From positions 5,277-69,276 of IMG/VR virus record IMGVR_UViG_3300048837_001089: a stretch of DNA of 64,000 nucleotides; one strand, given 5' to 3'. Numbering within the stretch: position 1 is the stretch's first letter; each line of letters opens with the position of its first letter. The notes beneath the pieces were generated by a model. The model saw nothing but the letters and a program-made list of their open reading frames with translations, had not been told where the DNA came from and did no database searches. Shown piece after piece: positions 27,120-36,654 of the stretch. This DNA comes from a virus. A program made the translations under genes and the position numbers.

Positions 27120-27977
27120 CTAGCCAACCGGCACCTCCGGCGGGTTGTTCACCTCGACCACCGCCACGTCCGCGTCTGCAATGCCGTCATGCGGCGTCAG
27201 CAACAGCGCGTCGGCCTCCGGCCGCGTCAGGCCATACCTGCGCACAGGCAACTGCCATTGATGCGTGTCGCCAGTCAGTTGCGCCTGCATCAGCGCGATT
27301 TTCTCGGCCATCGGGCTCGGCTTCGTCGGCAAGCTGTCCTCGCCCTCCGGGTCGTATTCCGGGTTTGGGACAGTCTGCGGCAACGTAGCCGCCTTCGCGA
27401 AGAACTTCACCAGCGGATGCGTCGGCGCCAGTGCCGCGCCCCTCGTAGGGTCGGCAAACAGGTTGGCGACAATCTTGATTTGCGTGGCCGCCAGCTTGGC
27501 GCCCTTCTGCTCGGCGCTGGTGCGAATGCGGTCGATGGACTCGTAGGAGTTGACAAAACCCCGGAAGATTTCCGCCCACCCATTCTCAGGGTCGGTCAGC
27601 GCATCGCCGATTTGTCGGGCCACTACGTCCAGATAAAACTCATAGGCGTCGTCCGTCGCCGGGATGCCGGGATAGGCGACAACCTCCTCCGTGTCCGGGT
27701 CGCGGTACAGCATCGGCTGCGAAATGCCCGCCTCGAACAGAAACTCCGTCTCGCCGTTTGGCACCAATGCCCGCAAGCCGGATATGTCGCCACTCGCCCG
27801 CGCGCCATCCGTGTAGACCGCGATAAACGGCTTGTCCTCGTCGGTCCTCACATTGCCATCGGCGTCGACGTCGATGGCACCTATCTGGCTGTCCAGCACA
27901 TTGCCGCCGACAAGCGTGTTCGCCTCGCGCAGCGCCATGACGGCAGCCAGGCGGGCCGCAATACGATTAAGCGACAT
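27120..27977 (-). CDS. Neck / tail-completion region structural protein
   Basis: Position between head-tail joining and baseplate genes; PFIAVYTD. Confidence 0.6.
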   Translation of the reverse strand: MSLNRIAARLAAVMALREANTLVGGNVLDSQIGAIDVDADGNVRTDEDKPFIAVYTDGARASGDISGLRALVPNGETEFLFEAGISQPMLYRDPDTEEVVAYPGIPATDDAYEFYLDVVARQIGDALTDPENGWAEIFRGFVNSYESIDRIRTSAEQKGAKLAATQIKIVANLFADPTRGAALAPTHPLVKFFAKAATLPQTVPNPEYDPEGEDSLPTKPSPMAEKIALMQAQLTGDTHQWQLPVRRYGLTRPEADALLLTPHDGIADADVAVVEVNNPPEVPVG

Positions 27978-27985
27978 CGCGGCTC

Positions 27986-28357
27986 CTAAGTCTGCGTCAG
28001 TGAAAGCACCAGCAGGTTTGAATACCGGTCAGACGACCCGGCGACAGTCCATGCCGGCTTACCTTCCCGGTCCATGGCGCGCACGACGTCGCCCTGCTTT
28101 ACCAGCGGGCCGTCATATTCATCGCGGGTCAGGAACAACTCTGCCTGTCCAGCCATAAGCCGGCTGCGCATCACACCGCCGGCGGCCCCGTCACCAACGG
28201 CAATGGAATCATCGCCGCCAGTATGCAGTATTGCCCGGCCAGTCCACACGACCCGCGACGGGTCAGCAGCCGCGCCCTTCATCGGCGTCAGCCGCACAGT
28301 CTCGCCGAACGTGCGTCTTTCCAGGCGGTCGACGGCGCGCTCAAGATTTCTCCACAT
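27986..28357 (-). CDS. Head-tail joining protein (FII-like)
   Basis: TFGETV...KQGDVV; position. Confidence 0.65.
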   Translation of the reverse strand: MWRNLERAVDRLERRTFGETVRLTPMKGAAADPSRVVWTGRAILHTGGDDSIAVGDGAAGGVMRSRLMAGQAELFLTRDEYDGPLVKQGDVVRAMDREGKPAWTVAGSSDRYSNLLVLSLTQT

Positions 28358-28376
28358 AACGCGCCGTCTCCCTTGA

Positions 28377-28745
28377 TTAGGCGTCGCCCGTATTCATCTG
28401 CGCGACCGAGGGTGCGCTGAAGATACCGTTCAGGCGCACCAGGCCAGTCGCAGAAGGATTGGCCGCCGTCGCAACGTTTACGCCGATGAGCTTATTGGTG
28501 CTGGCCGTCGTCGTGGCCTCGCCCGAAGCCGCGTAGATCGCAAGTCCGACAGACGCCCACGCCTGCGCGGAAGTCTTTTTCAACTCGAAAACGCCGGTCG
28601 TCTTGATTTCAACCGACTTGCCGCTCAACGCAGAGTGCGTAGCGACGCCGACGATATCACCGACAACAACAAGGTCGCCGGAGACAACATCAGCGGGGGC
28701 GGTGACCGTCAGCACGTCGCCCGGCTGCAGGAAATTGGTAGCCAT
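28377..28745 (-). CDS. DUF2190 capsid cement protein
   Basis: NFLQPGD, GVFELKK, VRLNG. Confidence 0.88.
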   Translation of the reverse strand: MATNFLQPGDVLTVTAPADVVSGDLVVVGDIVGVATHSALSGKSVEIKTTGVFELKKTSAQAWASVGLAIYAASGEATTTASTNKLIGVNVATAANPSATGLVRLNGIFSAPSVAQMNTGDA

Positions 28746-28804
28746 TCATGGCCTCCTTTGTTATGGCGGGCCACCCTTGCGAGTGGCCCCATTACCGGGT
28801 TGGA

Positions 28805-30892
28805 TTAGTCGCCCACGTTCATGTGAAAGCCGCGCCAGTCGATAACCTTTGCGCCCGCGTCGAAGCGAACCTTGACCTCGAGGCCGTCAACATCGAAGCC
28901 CGCGCGGGTCTCGGTGAACATGCCCTGCTGACCTTCAAGGTAAGCAAGCTCGACAGTGTCGATTAGTGCCGGATTGGCGATCATGTACCAGTTGTCGGCG
29001 TCCCCCAAGATAGTCGCGCCGGACACAGGGTTGACCAAGCCGTTGTCAAGACGGGCGTCGAATATCGGCGTAAGCGCGCGCACCGACTGAGGAACGACGT
29101 CATCCTTCTTCGCGGCGTAAACCGAGCCGTACAGAATCTTCTCGACCTCCGCAGAGACCTCCAACGGCGCAAGCAGGAATGCCGGTGTCAGGTTGAGCAC
29201 GAACTGCTTGTCGATGCCAGTCTGCTTCGCCATCATCTTGCGGCCAAGCGAAATCCCCGCAGCCGCGCCGGCAGCAGAAAGCTTCACCTTGCCGGTCGTG
29301 TCGACGTAGTTGCTATGCGCCGCCGAGAACAGGTTCTGGCCGTCGCCCATCACCGGGTTGCCGAGAATCTGCGCATAGACCAGATCGGACTCAAGCTGCG
29401 CAACAGCAACACCAAACTGGCCGGGGATACGGTTAAACGCATCCATGTTGTCATTGATGATGGCCTGCCGCGACAGCGCGATGATCTTGCCATACGACGC
29501 GGCGGCGTAAATTTCCTTCGCCTCGCTGAACTTGCCGCGCTTGAACTCGCCGTGCTCGTTTACCTTTTCAAGGCGCGGGGCCTCGCCAAGCTGCGTGCGA
29601 TGCACCGACTTGAAATCGGGAACCGACGTGACCCGCGTAAACGGACGCCAGGTTTGCGGGGCGGCTTCATATGCCTTACGCAGCGTGGTGTTGATCACAT
29701 TGCCAAGAATAATCGGAAAGTCCGAGGTCGTCATGTAGGCGCCGGAACGCTGCGCCAGAGCGCGCGAGGCAATCTCCTCGCGAGAGAGACCCCGGACACC
29801 CTCGCCGCGATTCTCCAGCGCCTCGCGCGCGAAGTCCAGGAGCGTGTAGCCGCGATACTCGCCAACACCATCAGGGGGAGCCATGCCAGGATTGGCGCGA
29901 TACTCAATCGCCGCCTCCATCAGTTTGGCGCGCTTCTCGTGATGCTCGGTGCCGACCTTGACAGTCGACTCGGTAGCCGGTGCTTCGCGCTTCATCAGTG
30001 CCTCCAGCAGGGCGGAACGGAACGCCTCGACGGTGTCGCCATTGTCGATAGCCGCGTCGGCCAGGTCCGGCTCGCCGGCTTCCTTGCCAAGCTTGCGGAT
30101 TTCAGCGGCGCGCTTGCGCTCGGCAATGCCGCCGACGCGGACGGCCTCGTCCGAAATGGCGCGAACAGCGGCCTCATCAACGCCAGCCGGAGCGGCGCGG
30201 TTTTCAATCACAGTGTCGGCCACACGGCTCTCCTGCTGGTTGTTGTCGTTGGAAGGTTCAGCCTGCACGGCTGCGGATTCGGCAGCTTCAGACAAGCCGT
30301 CCTCCTTGTGCTCAATGTCTAGTGGGTAGAGCGCAGTCGGTTCAGAACCGCGAACCTGCGCCTTCGGATCGGCGGGGACCGTCACGAAAGAGATTTCGTG
30401 AGGTGTCCACCGCTCAACAATATGCTGCTCGATCTCGCCCTTCTTTTCAGGCTCGACAATTCGCAACTTGTTGATGGTGTAGCCGACCGAAATGTTCTTG
30501 ACGATGCGTTCCGACACCAGCCCGAACAGCCTGTCGGCTGCCGCGTCGATGCCTTCGGCGGGGAAGCGAATGGTCGCCCACCCCTCCCCCCTCTCGATCC
30601 ACGCTCGCTCGACCACCGCAACCTGCGAAAAGGTCGACCATGTCGAGTGGCTATCAAGAACCGGCGCCCCGGCATTCATGCGGGCAAGGTCGATGGCCGA
30701 GGGCGTTACCACCAGCGTCTCATCGAACGGGACAATTGTGTCCCATCCCTCCCACCGGTGCCGGCGCACTGTCGCGCCAGTCGTCCAGACCAGCGTTACC
30801 GTGCGCGCCACCGCGTCGATGCTGTCGCTATCGACCATGGCCGCCCGCGTCTGCATCGGCAGGGCATCGGGCAGTTTACGTGTCGTCGTCAT
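28805..30892 (-). CDS. Prohead protease - major capsid protein fusion
   Basis: Protease motifs PVLDSH, ISVGY, EISFVTVPAD; capsid motifs TSDFP, LSRQAIINDN, IDWRG. Confidence 0.92.
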   Translation of the reverse strand: MTTTRKLPDALPMQTRAAMVDSDSIDAVARTVTLVWTTGATVRRHRWEGWDTIVPFDETLVVTPSAIDLARMNAGAPVLDSHSTWSTFSQVAVVERAWIERGEGWATIRFPAEGIDAAADRLFGLVSERIVKNISVGYTINKLRIVEPEKKGEIEQHIVERWTPHEISFVTVPADPKAQVRGSEPTALYPLDIEHKEDGLSEAAESAAVQAEPSNDNNQQESRVADTVIENRAAPAGVDEAAVRAISDEAVRVGGIAERKRAAEIRKLGKEAGEPDLADAAIDNGDTVEAFRSALLEALMKREAPATESTVKVGTEHHEKRAKLMEAAIEYRANPGMAPPDGVGEYRGYTLLDFAREALENRGEGVRGLSREEIASRALAQRSGAYMTTSDFPIILGNVINTTLRKAYEAAPQTWRPFTRVTSVPDFKSVHRTQLGEAPRLEKVNEHGEFKRGKFSEAKEIYAAASYGKIIALSRQAIINDNMDAFNRIPGQFGVAVAQLESDLVYAQILGNPVMGDGQNLFSAAHSNYVDTTGKVKLSAAGAAAGISLGRKMMAKQTGIDKQFVLNLTPAFLLAPLEVSAEVEKILYGSVYAAKKDDVVPQSVRALTPIFDARLDNGLVNPVSGATILGDADNWYMIANPALIDTVELAYLEGQQGMFTETRAGFDVDGLEVKVRFDAGAKVIDWRGFHMNVGD

Positions 30893-32381
30893 GCAAGTCG
30901 TCCTCCGGCGGTTCTTCTGCCGCCCGCTGTTGCGTCTGACCGGCCTGCGACATTTTTCGAGGGTCCGTGTCGAACACCAGGCCATGCTTGTCCAGCAAGG
31001 CATTCCACTCGACATACCCGGCGATCACCTCTTCCGGCGTGTAACCGGTCTCGGCTATGGCCGTCATGGGGTTGAGCAGCCCAGCCCGGATCGCGTTGAC
31101 CCTCGCCGTAATGTCCTTCGCCTCGTCGGCAGACGGAAAGCGCGGCGGGGACCAATCAACCGGCACATGCCGGGTCTTGATCTTGCCGGCAAAATACGCC
31201 GCCTCGCAAAACCAGTCCCAGATAGGCTGAAGCAACATCGGGATGATGATCTTCCACTGAAGCTCATCAATCGTCCGCTTGTACGTCTCCAGGCCAAGCT
31301 TGCCGCTGGAATAGTTCACCTTCGACAGGTTGCCGGACAGCAGCGAGTACGGCACCCGAAACCCGGCCGCTATCGTATGCAGCATCGACACTTTGTACGC
31401 ATCGTAACTGCCGGTAGCCGCCGGCTGCGTGAACTTGATGTCCCGCCCGCCACGCGCATGGTACAACGCGCCGGGCTGCATCTTTTCCACGATGGCGCCG
31501 CGGACACTGTAGACGCCGGGCTGCTCATTCTCGCCGACCGGAATGCCCGTCAGCCCCTCGTCGTTGTCACCGCCAGTGACGACGCCGACAACACAGGCTT
31601 CCATCTTCTTGCGGACGATCTCCGCAAGCTCGTATTCCGCCAGATCGCGAAGCGCCGGGATTGCGGCAACACCCCACGGCTCTCCGCGAGACTGCGTCCG
31701 CTTCTTCTCGAAGCAGTGCGCAACGTCCACCGCCGGGACGGCAGCGGACTCCATCGTCATGCCGTTCGGCGCACCCGGATGCCGTTTCAGCAGCCAGTAT
31801 TCGACAACCTTGCCGATACCGTTGCGCCCGATACCCTCGAACACCTCCACGCCGCCGAACACACCGTTCTTCGTCGTGTCGATGTGGTCGACTTCCAGCA
31901 CCTGTAATTGCAGCGGCACCGGCAAGCCGTCGCTCTCAGGGCGTCGACGGCGGCGCACCAACCCGTCGCCGGACTCCAGCATGCCGCGCACGGCCAGCGC
32001 CTGCAGCCCGTAAAAGTCCAGATGACCTTCCGAGTCGCACTGCCCCGCCCACTCGGCAAACAGTTTGTTTACCTTGGGGTCTTTCGCGCGCGGCACGATT
32101 CCAGAGCCCACGGCGTGGGTCACAAGGTTGTGGATCGCGTTCGCCGCATACGGGTTGTTGCGCGTCAGATCGCGCATCACATCCCGCAGCGCACCGCCAG
32201 CCTTGCTGATCTCTGCATCCGCCGAAGTCCCGCGCGAATACCAGGGGTCGCGGCTGCGGCTCGGCTTTGCCGCGTCGTACCCGCGCGCCACCTGCATGGC
32301 GCTCCGCTGTCGTGCTCGACGCACGCCGGCAGCCGGGTCGACCCAGCCGATGACGCGGTCGAGTATATTCACCGTCGCCAT
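30876..32381 (-). CDS. Portal protein, lambda family
   Basis: RDLTRNNPYA, RGEPW, VNYSSG. Confidence 0.95.
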   Translation of the reverse strand: MATVNILDRVIGWVDPAAGVRRARQRSAMQVARGYDAAKPSRSRDPWYSRGTSADAEISKAGGALRDVMRDLTRNNPYAANAIHNLVTHAVGSGIVPRAKDPKVNKLFAEWAGQCDSEGHLDFYGLQALAVRGMLESGDGLVRRRRRPESDGLPVPLQLQVLEVDHIDTTKNGVFGGVEVFEGIGRNGIGKVVEYWLLKRHPGAPNGMTMESAAVPAVDVAHCFEKKRTQSRGEPWGVAAIPALRDLAEYELAEIVRKKMEACVVGVVTGGDNDEGLTGIPVGENEQPGVYSVRGAIVEKMQPGALYHARGGRDIKFTQPAATGSYDAYKVSMLHTIAAGFRVPYSLLSGNLSKVNYSSGKLGLETYKRTIDELQWKIIIPMLLQPIWDWFCEAAYFAGKIKTRHVPVDWSPPRFPSADEAKDITARVNAIRAGLLNPMTAIAETGYTPEEVIAGYVEWNALLDKHGLVFDTDPRKMSQAGQTQQRAAEEPPEDDLHDDDT

Positions 32382-32384
32382 CCG

Positions 32385-32588
32385 CTAACCCTTGCTGAAC
32401 GCCAGATAAGACACGGCAGGCTTCGGCTCCTGCTGGCCCTCAAGCCAGGTCAGCGCCTCCCGCATGTCCTTCAGACTGTGATACTCAACCTCACGCCGCG
32501 TCCCGCCGCTGTGGAACACGATACGGCGCGCACCGGTCGCAATCGCCGCACGAAGCGCGGCGATCTGCTCGCTATTGTCGATTGCCAT
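32385..32588 (-). CDS. Head completion protein (gpW-like)
   Basis: LRAAIATGA...VEYHSLKDM; between terminase and portal. Confidence 0.85.
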   Translation of the reverse strand: MAIDNSEQIAALRAAIATGARRIVFHSGGTRREVEYHSLKDMREALTWLEGQQEPKPAVSYLAFSKG

Positions 32589-32613
32589 ATGTGTTCCTTG
32601 CGACCGCAACCAG

Positions 32614-34431
32614 CTAAAGCCAGTCGGACGATTCAATGACCTGTGTCGGGCGCACCGCATGCTGCACGGCCGGCGTCAACGTGTGGCCGTCAGCCAACTG
32701 GTCCCGCCGCAATTGCCAGTTCACCGGCACAAGCTCCTTGACGGCCAGCGCGTACACTGTGCAGTCCAAAGCTTCATTGCGGCGCCCCGGCACCCGCTCC
32801 CATTTATGGACGGGCTGGCCGCGAAACATCTTCACCATCAGCCGCTCGGCAGTGAACTGCTCAAACCAGACTGGCGGCAAATCACGCGAAAACCGAAAGC
32901 GCCCGCCAGCGCGGATGCCGTTCAATATCGACCCCTTCACGGAATCGACGCCGACGATCCACAGCGGGTCTTTCTTCTGCGTCGACTTCTTGATGAAGGG
33001 CCGCCGTCCGTCGTCGCCCTTGATGGCGAAGACCTTCCGCCGCATACGCGGCTTGGCGAAGTCGTAGACATGCCGCATCATCGTCCCGCTGGAAGAATCC
33101 AGCGCAACCGCGTCGATGCCTATCTCGCCACCAAGTGGATGCTGCCAGCGCCGGGTTATCGCGGCGTCGATATCGATCCAGAACTCGTTCTGGTCGTACC
33201 GGCCGTAAATCACCTCATGCCCAAGAATGAACTGCTGGCCCGACTCCGCAAAGCCGACATAGGTTATTTCGCCGCGGTCCTCCTGCAGATCGCAGCCGGC
33301 AGTAACCGCAAGCACGTCAACCGGGAACGGGCTTTGCTCCGGCCCGCCAAGCCCGAACGGCTCCGCGCTTTCCTGCAGTTCGTATTCGTCAACCCGCTCG
33401 CCATCAGTCCGCCAGCCCTCGCCCAAGACGAGGTTCACGAACTCCTGCAGCATCCCCGGATCGTTCTTGGCCGCCAGAAACTCCGCGGCCAGCAGCCCCC
33501 AATCCGCAGTCGGAAGCGGGCTGGACAGACTGTTGATCTTGAACCCGGCGTGCCCGACGACTTCAGGCCTTGTCACCCGCCATCTGCCGCGGGCAACCAT
33601 CGTCGACTTGTGTTTGTGCTCGATGGCACAGCCGCACGCCGGACAACCCCAATACGCCTTTTCCGGCTCGCCTTCAGGCCAGTGGATGTCTTTCCACTGG
33701 ACCTCGTTGTACTCGTCGCACTCGACGCACCGAACCTCGAACACGCGCTGGTCGCTCTTGGCGTACTGCGCGATGATGTTGCTGGTTTCCTCTTCGAGGG
33801 GCGTGGAACCAACAATGATCTTGCGGTCTGCAAACTGCGCTGTACGCCGGACAGCCAGTGCCAACGGGTTGCCGTCCTTCGTCAGCTTCATGCCGTCAAC
33901 CTCGTCAAGGATGACGACGCGAGCATTATGGCCGCGAAAGCTGCGCTCCGTCTCCGCCGACAGAATCTTGAGCGTGCCGCCGGTAAACTGGCGCATCAGC
34001 ATGGACGTGCGCTTCTTGCCTGCCGTCTGCACCTGGTCGCCAGACAGCACGCCCTGCAATACAGGCGAGTCCTCGAACGTCGGCTCAAGGTCCGACACGA
34101 CGAACGACTTCGCCATGTCCTCGTTCGGCAAATACACTAGTATCAACGATGGGTCGTTGACGACGAAATGCGCAATGGCGCCGTTCAGGATGGTGGTGTA
34201 GCCGATACGTGCCGACTTGAGCACGGACACGCGCTCAATCGTCGGGTCGCCAATGGCGTCGGCAATGCCGCGCTGGAAAGGATAGAGCTTAATCTTGCCC
34301 GGTACCGCCGACACCGTTGCGGGCAGGCGTATTTCTCTTTCCATCCACTCGGACAGATTGATTTTCTGTGGCGGCCGAAGGGTCGCCATCACCTTCCGAA
34401 GCGTCGCCTTCGTATGGGTCGAAATCGACAT
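32614..34431 (-). CDS. terL: Terminase large subunit (lambda gpA family)
   Basis: KSARIGYT, LDEVD, GSTP, CxxC pairs, RNEALDC. Confidence 0.95.
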   Translation of the reverse strand: MSISTHTKATLRKVMATLRPPQKINLSEWMEREIRLPATVSAVPGKIKLYPFQRGIADAIGDPTIERVSVLKSARIGYTTILNGAIAHFVVNDPSLILVYLPNEDMAKSFVVSDLEPTFEDSPVLQGVLSGDQVQTAGKKRTSMLMRQFTGGTLKILSAETERSFRGHNARVVILDEVDGMKLTKDGNPLALAVRRTAQFADRKIIVGSTPLEEETSNIIAQYAKSDQRVFEVRCVECDEYNEVQWKDIHWPEGEPEKAYWGCPACGCAIEHKHKSTMVARGRWRVTRPEVVGHAGFKINSLSSPLPTADWGLLAAEFLAAKNDPGMLQEFVNLVLGEGWRTDGERVDEYELQESAEPFGLGGPEQSPFPVDVLAVTAGCDLQEDRGEITYVGFAESGQQFILGHEVIYGRYDQNEFWIDIDAAITRRWQHPLGGEIGIDAVALDSSSGTMMRHVYDFAKPRMRRKVFAIKGDDGRRPFIKKSTQKKDPLWIVGVDSVKGSILNGIRAGGRFRFSRDLPPVWFEQFTAERLMVKMFRGQPVHKWERVPGRRNEALDCTVYALAVKELVPVNWQLRRDQLADGHTLTPAVQHAVRPTQVIESSDWL

Positions 34432-34876
34432 TGTAAATCTCGACTCCATCCGCAAGCTTGGTCATCGCGTCGCGGATTTCCTCGTCGAGTACGACTGCGT
34501 CTTCCACCGAAAGCGATATGCGCTGGCGCACGCGGGACACGACGGCCAGAAGCCCGCTGCGAATGCTGGCGATCTGCTCCGACCAGACTCGCGTGACCTC
34601 GTCGACGGGCAGCAACTCCTTGCGCAGCTTGGCGTTCTTCAGTTCCTGCGTATCGGCCTGCTCCTTCCGAAGGCGCGCCGTCTCCCGCTCCGCGTCGAGC
34701 GCTGCTTCCTTGTCTTTGGCCTTGTTGGAGACGTGGGCGATGTACGCCTGCACGCTGGCCGGGCCATCGAATTCACCATGCGCCGAGCGCACGGTGATGC
34801 CTTCCTCCGCAAGCTGATTGACGCGCCGCGTCGTCAGGCCCAGCAGCAGGGCGAGCTGGGCTGTCTTGAGTATCAT
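34289..34876 (-). CDS. terS: Terminase small subunit (Nu1-like)
   Basis: N-terminal wHTH LALLLGLTTRRVNQL plus coiled coil; overlaps terL. Confidence 0.85.
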   Translation of the reverse strand: MILKTAQLALLLGLTTRRVNQLAEEGITVRSAHGEFDGPASVQAYIAHVSNKAKDKEAALDAERETARLRKEQADTQELKNAKLRKELLPVDEVTRVWSEQIASIRSGLLAVVSRVRQRISLSVEDAVVLDEEIRDAMTKLADGVEIYNVDFDPYEGDASEGDGDPSAATENQSVRVDGKRNTPARNGVGGTGQD

Positions 34877-34899
34877 CAGTTTTCCTGAACGGAAGGAAG

Positions 34900-34977
34900 C
34901 TTTATATCAAAAAATTTGTAGCGTGCGATGACTCGGGCCGCCTACACCCGCTGGGGCGAGATATGCAAGAAGTACCT
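34900..34977 (-). other. Probable cos region
   Basis: AGGTACT (cosQ-like, 34971-34977) about 20 nt before the dyad CGGG-N9-CCCG (34934-34950); AT-rich IHF-like tract before terS. Confidence 0.45.
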
Positions 34978-35020
34978 TTGGGAGGGGGATCCGCGCCGAT
35001 CCATGCGATCAACGCATAGC

Positions 35021-35590
35021 TCACGACACCACGCCCTTCGTCACCCGCCGTATCTCGTGCTCCGCCCGAGGCTGGAGGTCAGCCGCCTTGCTTTCGAACG
35101 CGCTGGCGATATGCCCCTCAACGACCTCCGTTGGCAGGTACAGACCTGACTTGACGACAGCGAAGCCGTCACCATCTCGTCTGAACACTTGGCCATTCCA
35201 GTTAGGCTTGGTCACGCGCTTGGGCCACCAGCCGGCCCTTGTAAACGTATGAGGATATATGCGACGGCTATTCCACGGCGCAGCGCTCACGCCCTTACGG
35301 GTTTCACGCGCCTTGAAGTATTTCAGCCTGATGTCGCCACCGCTAACCGGGATTTCAAACTGCAGATTGCCTGCATTCGCCCGTATACGTCGCCTGACGG
35401 CCTTACGGCCAACCGTGGCGCTCAGGCCCGTCTGCCCTGGTATCGCCTTGGCTGTCGCTGTAGCAGCCTTGTTGCCTGTATGATTGATGGCCCGCGCGTA
35501 TGCGCTGCGGGCCTTACCTTCGCCAAGGGCGCGCACCGCCTCAGCAAGGCGCTTATGGCCGCTTCCGACCACCGTAACGACGAGCGTCAT
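35021..35590 (-). CDS. Minor tail protein (lambda gpZ-like)
   Basis: ARAINHT, GQVFRR; basic 189 aa. Confidence 0.7.
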   Translation of the reverse strand: MTLVVTVVGSGHKRLAEAVRALGEGKARSAYARAINHTGNKAATATAKAIPGQTGLSATVGRKAVRRRIRANAGNLQFEIPVSGGDIRLKYFKARETRKGVSAAPWNSRRIYPHTFTRAGWWPKRVTKPNWNGQVFRRDGDGFAVVKSGLYLPTEVVEGHIASAFESKAADLQPRAEHEIRRVTKGVVS

Positions 35591-35635
35591 ACCGGGCTAC
35601 CAGTTGCAGGGCGATGAGGATTGCACAATGGCCGA

Positions 35636-35806
35636 CTATTCGCCGAACCAGGGCATGAGCATGTCGGCGGAGAAAGTAGCCTCCTGCAGCAGATCTCCAG
35701 CGAACCAACACACCTCTACCTTGTCGTGATAGGTATCGTGGAAAAAGACGCTCATGATCGGGCCACCCGAAGTCAACCGGACCCAGTCGCCGCGCGCAAA
35801 ACACAT
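35636..35806 (-). CDS. YodC/DUF2158-like small protein (absent from the ORF track)
   Basis: Manual translation MCFARGDWVRLTSGGPIMSV...VCWFAGD. Confidence 0.75.
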   Translation of the reverse strand: MCFARGDWVRLTSGGPIMSVFFHDTYHDKVEVCWFAGDLLQEATFSADMLMPWFGE

Positions 35807-35898
35807 CAATCAACATACCTCTTAACGAGCGCCGCGATCTTGTCGCGATAGAAGTATGCCGCGGCCGCGATTGCCGCGATAATGATGAGCGTGGTCAT
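35806..35898 (-). CDS. 30-aa single-TM peptide
   Basis: AGGAGG RBS; MTTLIIIAAIAAAAYFYRDKIAALVKRYVD; TGATG overlap with the next ORF. Confidence 0.6.
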   Translation of the reverse strand: MTTLIIIAAIAAAAYFYRDKIAALVKRYVD

Positions 35899-36046
35899 GT
35901 GCGACCTCCTGTGTAGATGAGGCCGCCGAGGCAGCCGTCGAGGCTACCGCCGAGGCCGCCCCATCCTTCGATTGCTTTGTGCATGATGTCCTCCGACGTA
36001 AGCGGCCGGCGCTGTGCGCACGGCCTCGGGGCGTAGCGCCCGCGGA

Positions 36047-36122
36047 TGGAGCCGGCGGTCGGAGTCGAACCAACAACCATCGACTTACAGGGACGCTGCT
36101 CTACCAGTTGAGCTACGCCGGC
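36047..36122 (-). tRNA. tRNA-Thr(UGU)-like with atypical anticodon arm
   Basis: 76 nt; GCCGGCG acceptor stem, GCTC/GAGC D arm, TTCGA T loop, encoded CCA; loop CCTGTAA. Confidence 0.8.
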
Positions 36123-36124
36123 AA

Positions 36125-36620
36125 ATTACGCCGCTGTTCCCGTGCGCCATCGGCACGGAGTGGCTTCGGCGCCGTCCCCGCGCGACGCCGTAGACACCGG
36201 GTGCCATAGACGTCATGGGGCTATCGCGCTCTCGCGGCTCTCCACAATGAATAGAAACGCGGCGGGGAGGCACGCTCCTTATCGTTGAGCACCTACAACC
36301 CGCCGCTAGAACGCCCGTCAGCGCGCCGGAGTTTACGCGCGACAGGCGTGGACCGCGCCAAGGCGCGGGATGGGAACGAAGATGGCCAGTCGCCAGTCTG
36401 GCTGTGCACCATGCTCGCGCGATGGCAGCGGCCCATTGTCTGGTTGCGCTTTCAGCTGACAGCGCCGCATCTTCGTTTTGGTGGGGCCAGGGTCCGCTAT
36501 GCGGCCCGTCCTGGCGCCCGATAGTTACCCCTCACTCAGTGGCTGCAACGATGTGCAGCATGGCGAAGGGTCCGTTTCCGGAAGTAAGTGGGGCCGGTCA
36601 CTTGGTGACCAACCCCTTCA
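36125..36620 (-). ncRNA. Putative structured late leader RNA
   Basis: About 500 nt without a credible ORF, made of consecutive hairpins; 10-bp long-range stem 36375-36384/36468-36477. Confidence 0.4.
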
Positions 36621-36654
36621 CTACACCACCACGCGAAAAGGCGGAATATGGACC

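Noticed and set aside
16918-34140. Long + strand ORFs antisense to structural genes (e.g. 16918-18672, 21511-23211, 26613-27989, 32575-34140)
   Set aside because: Shadow ORFs typical of high-GC codon usage, with no recognisable motifs
36080-36100. Reading the tRNA as Tyr(GUA)
   Set aside because: That register gives no anticodon-stem pairing, and there is no long variable arm
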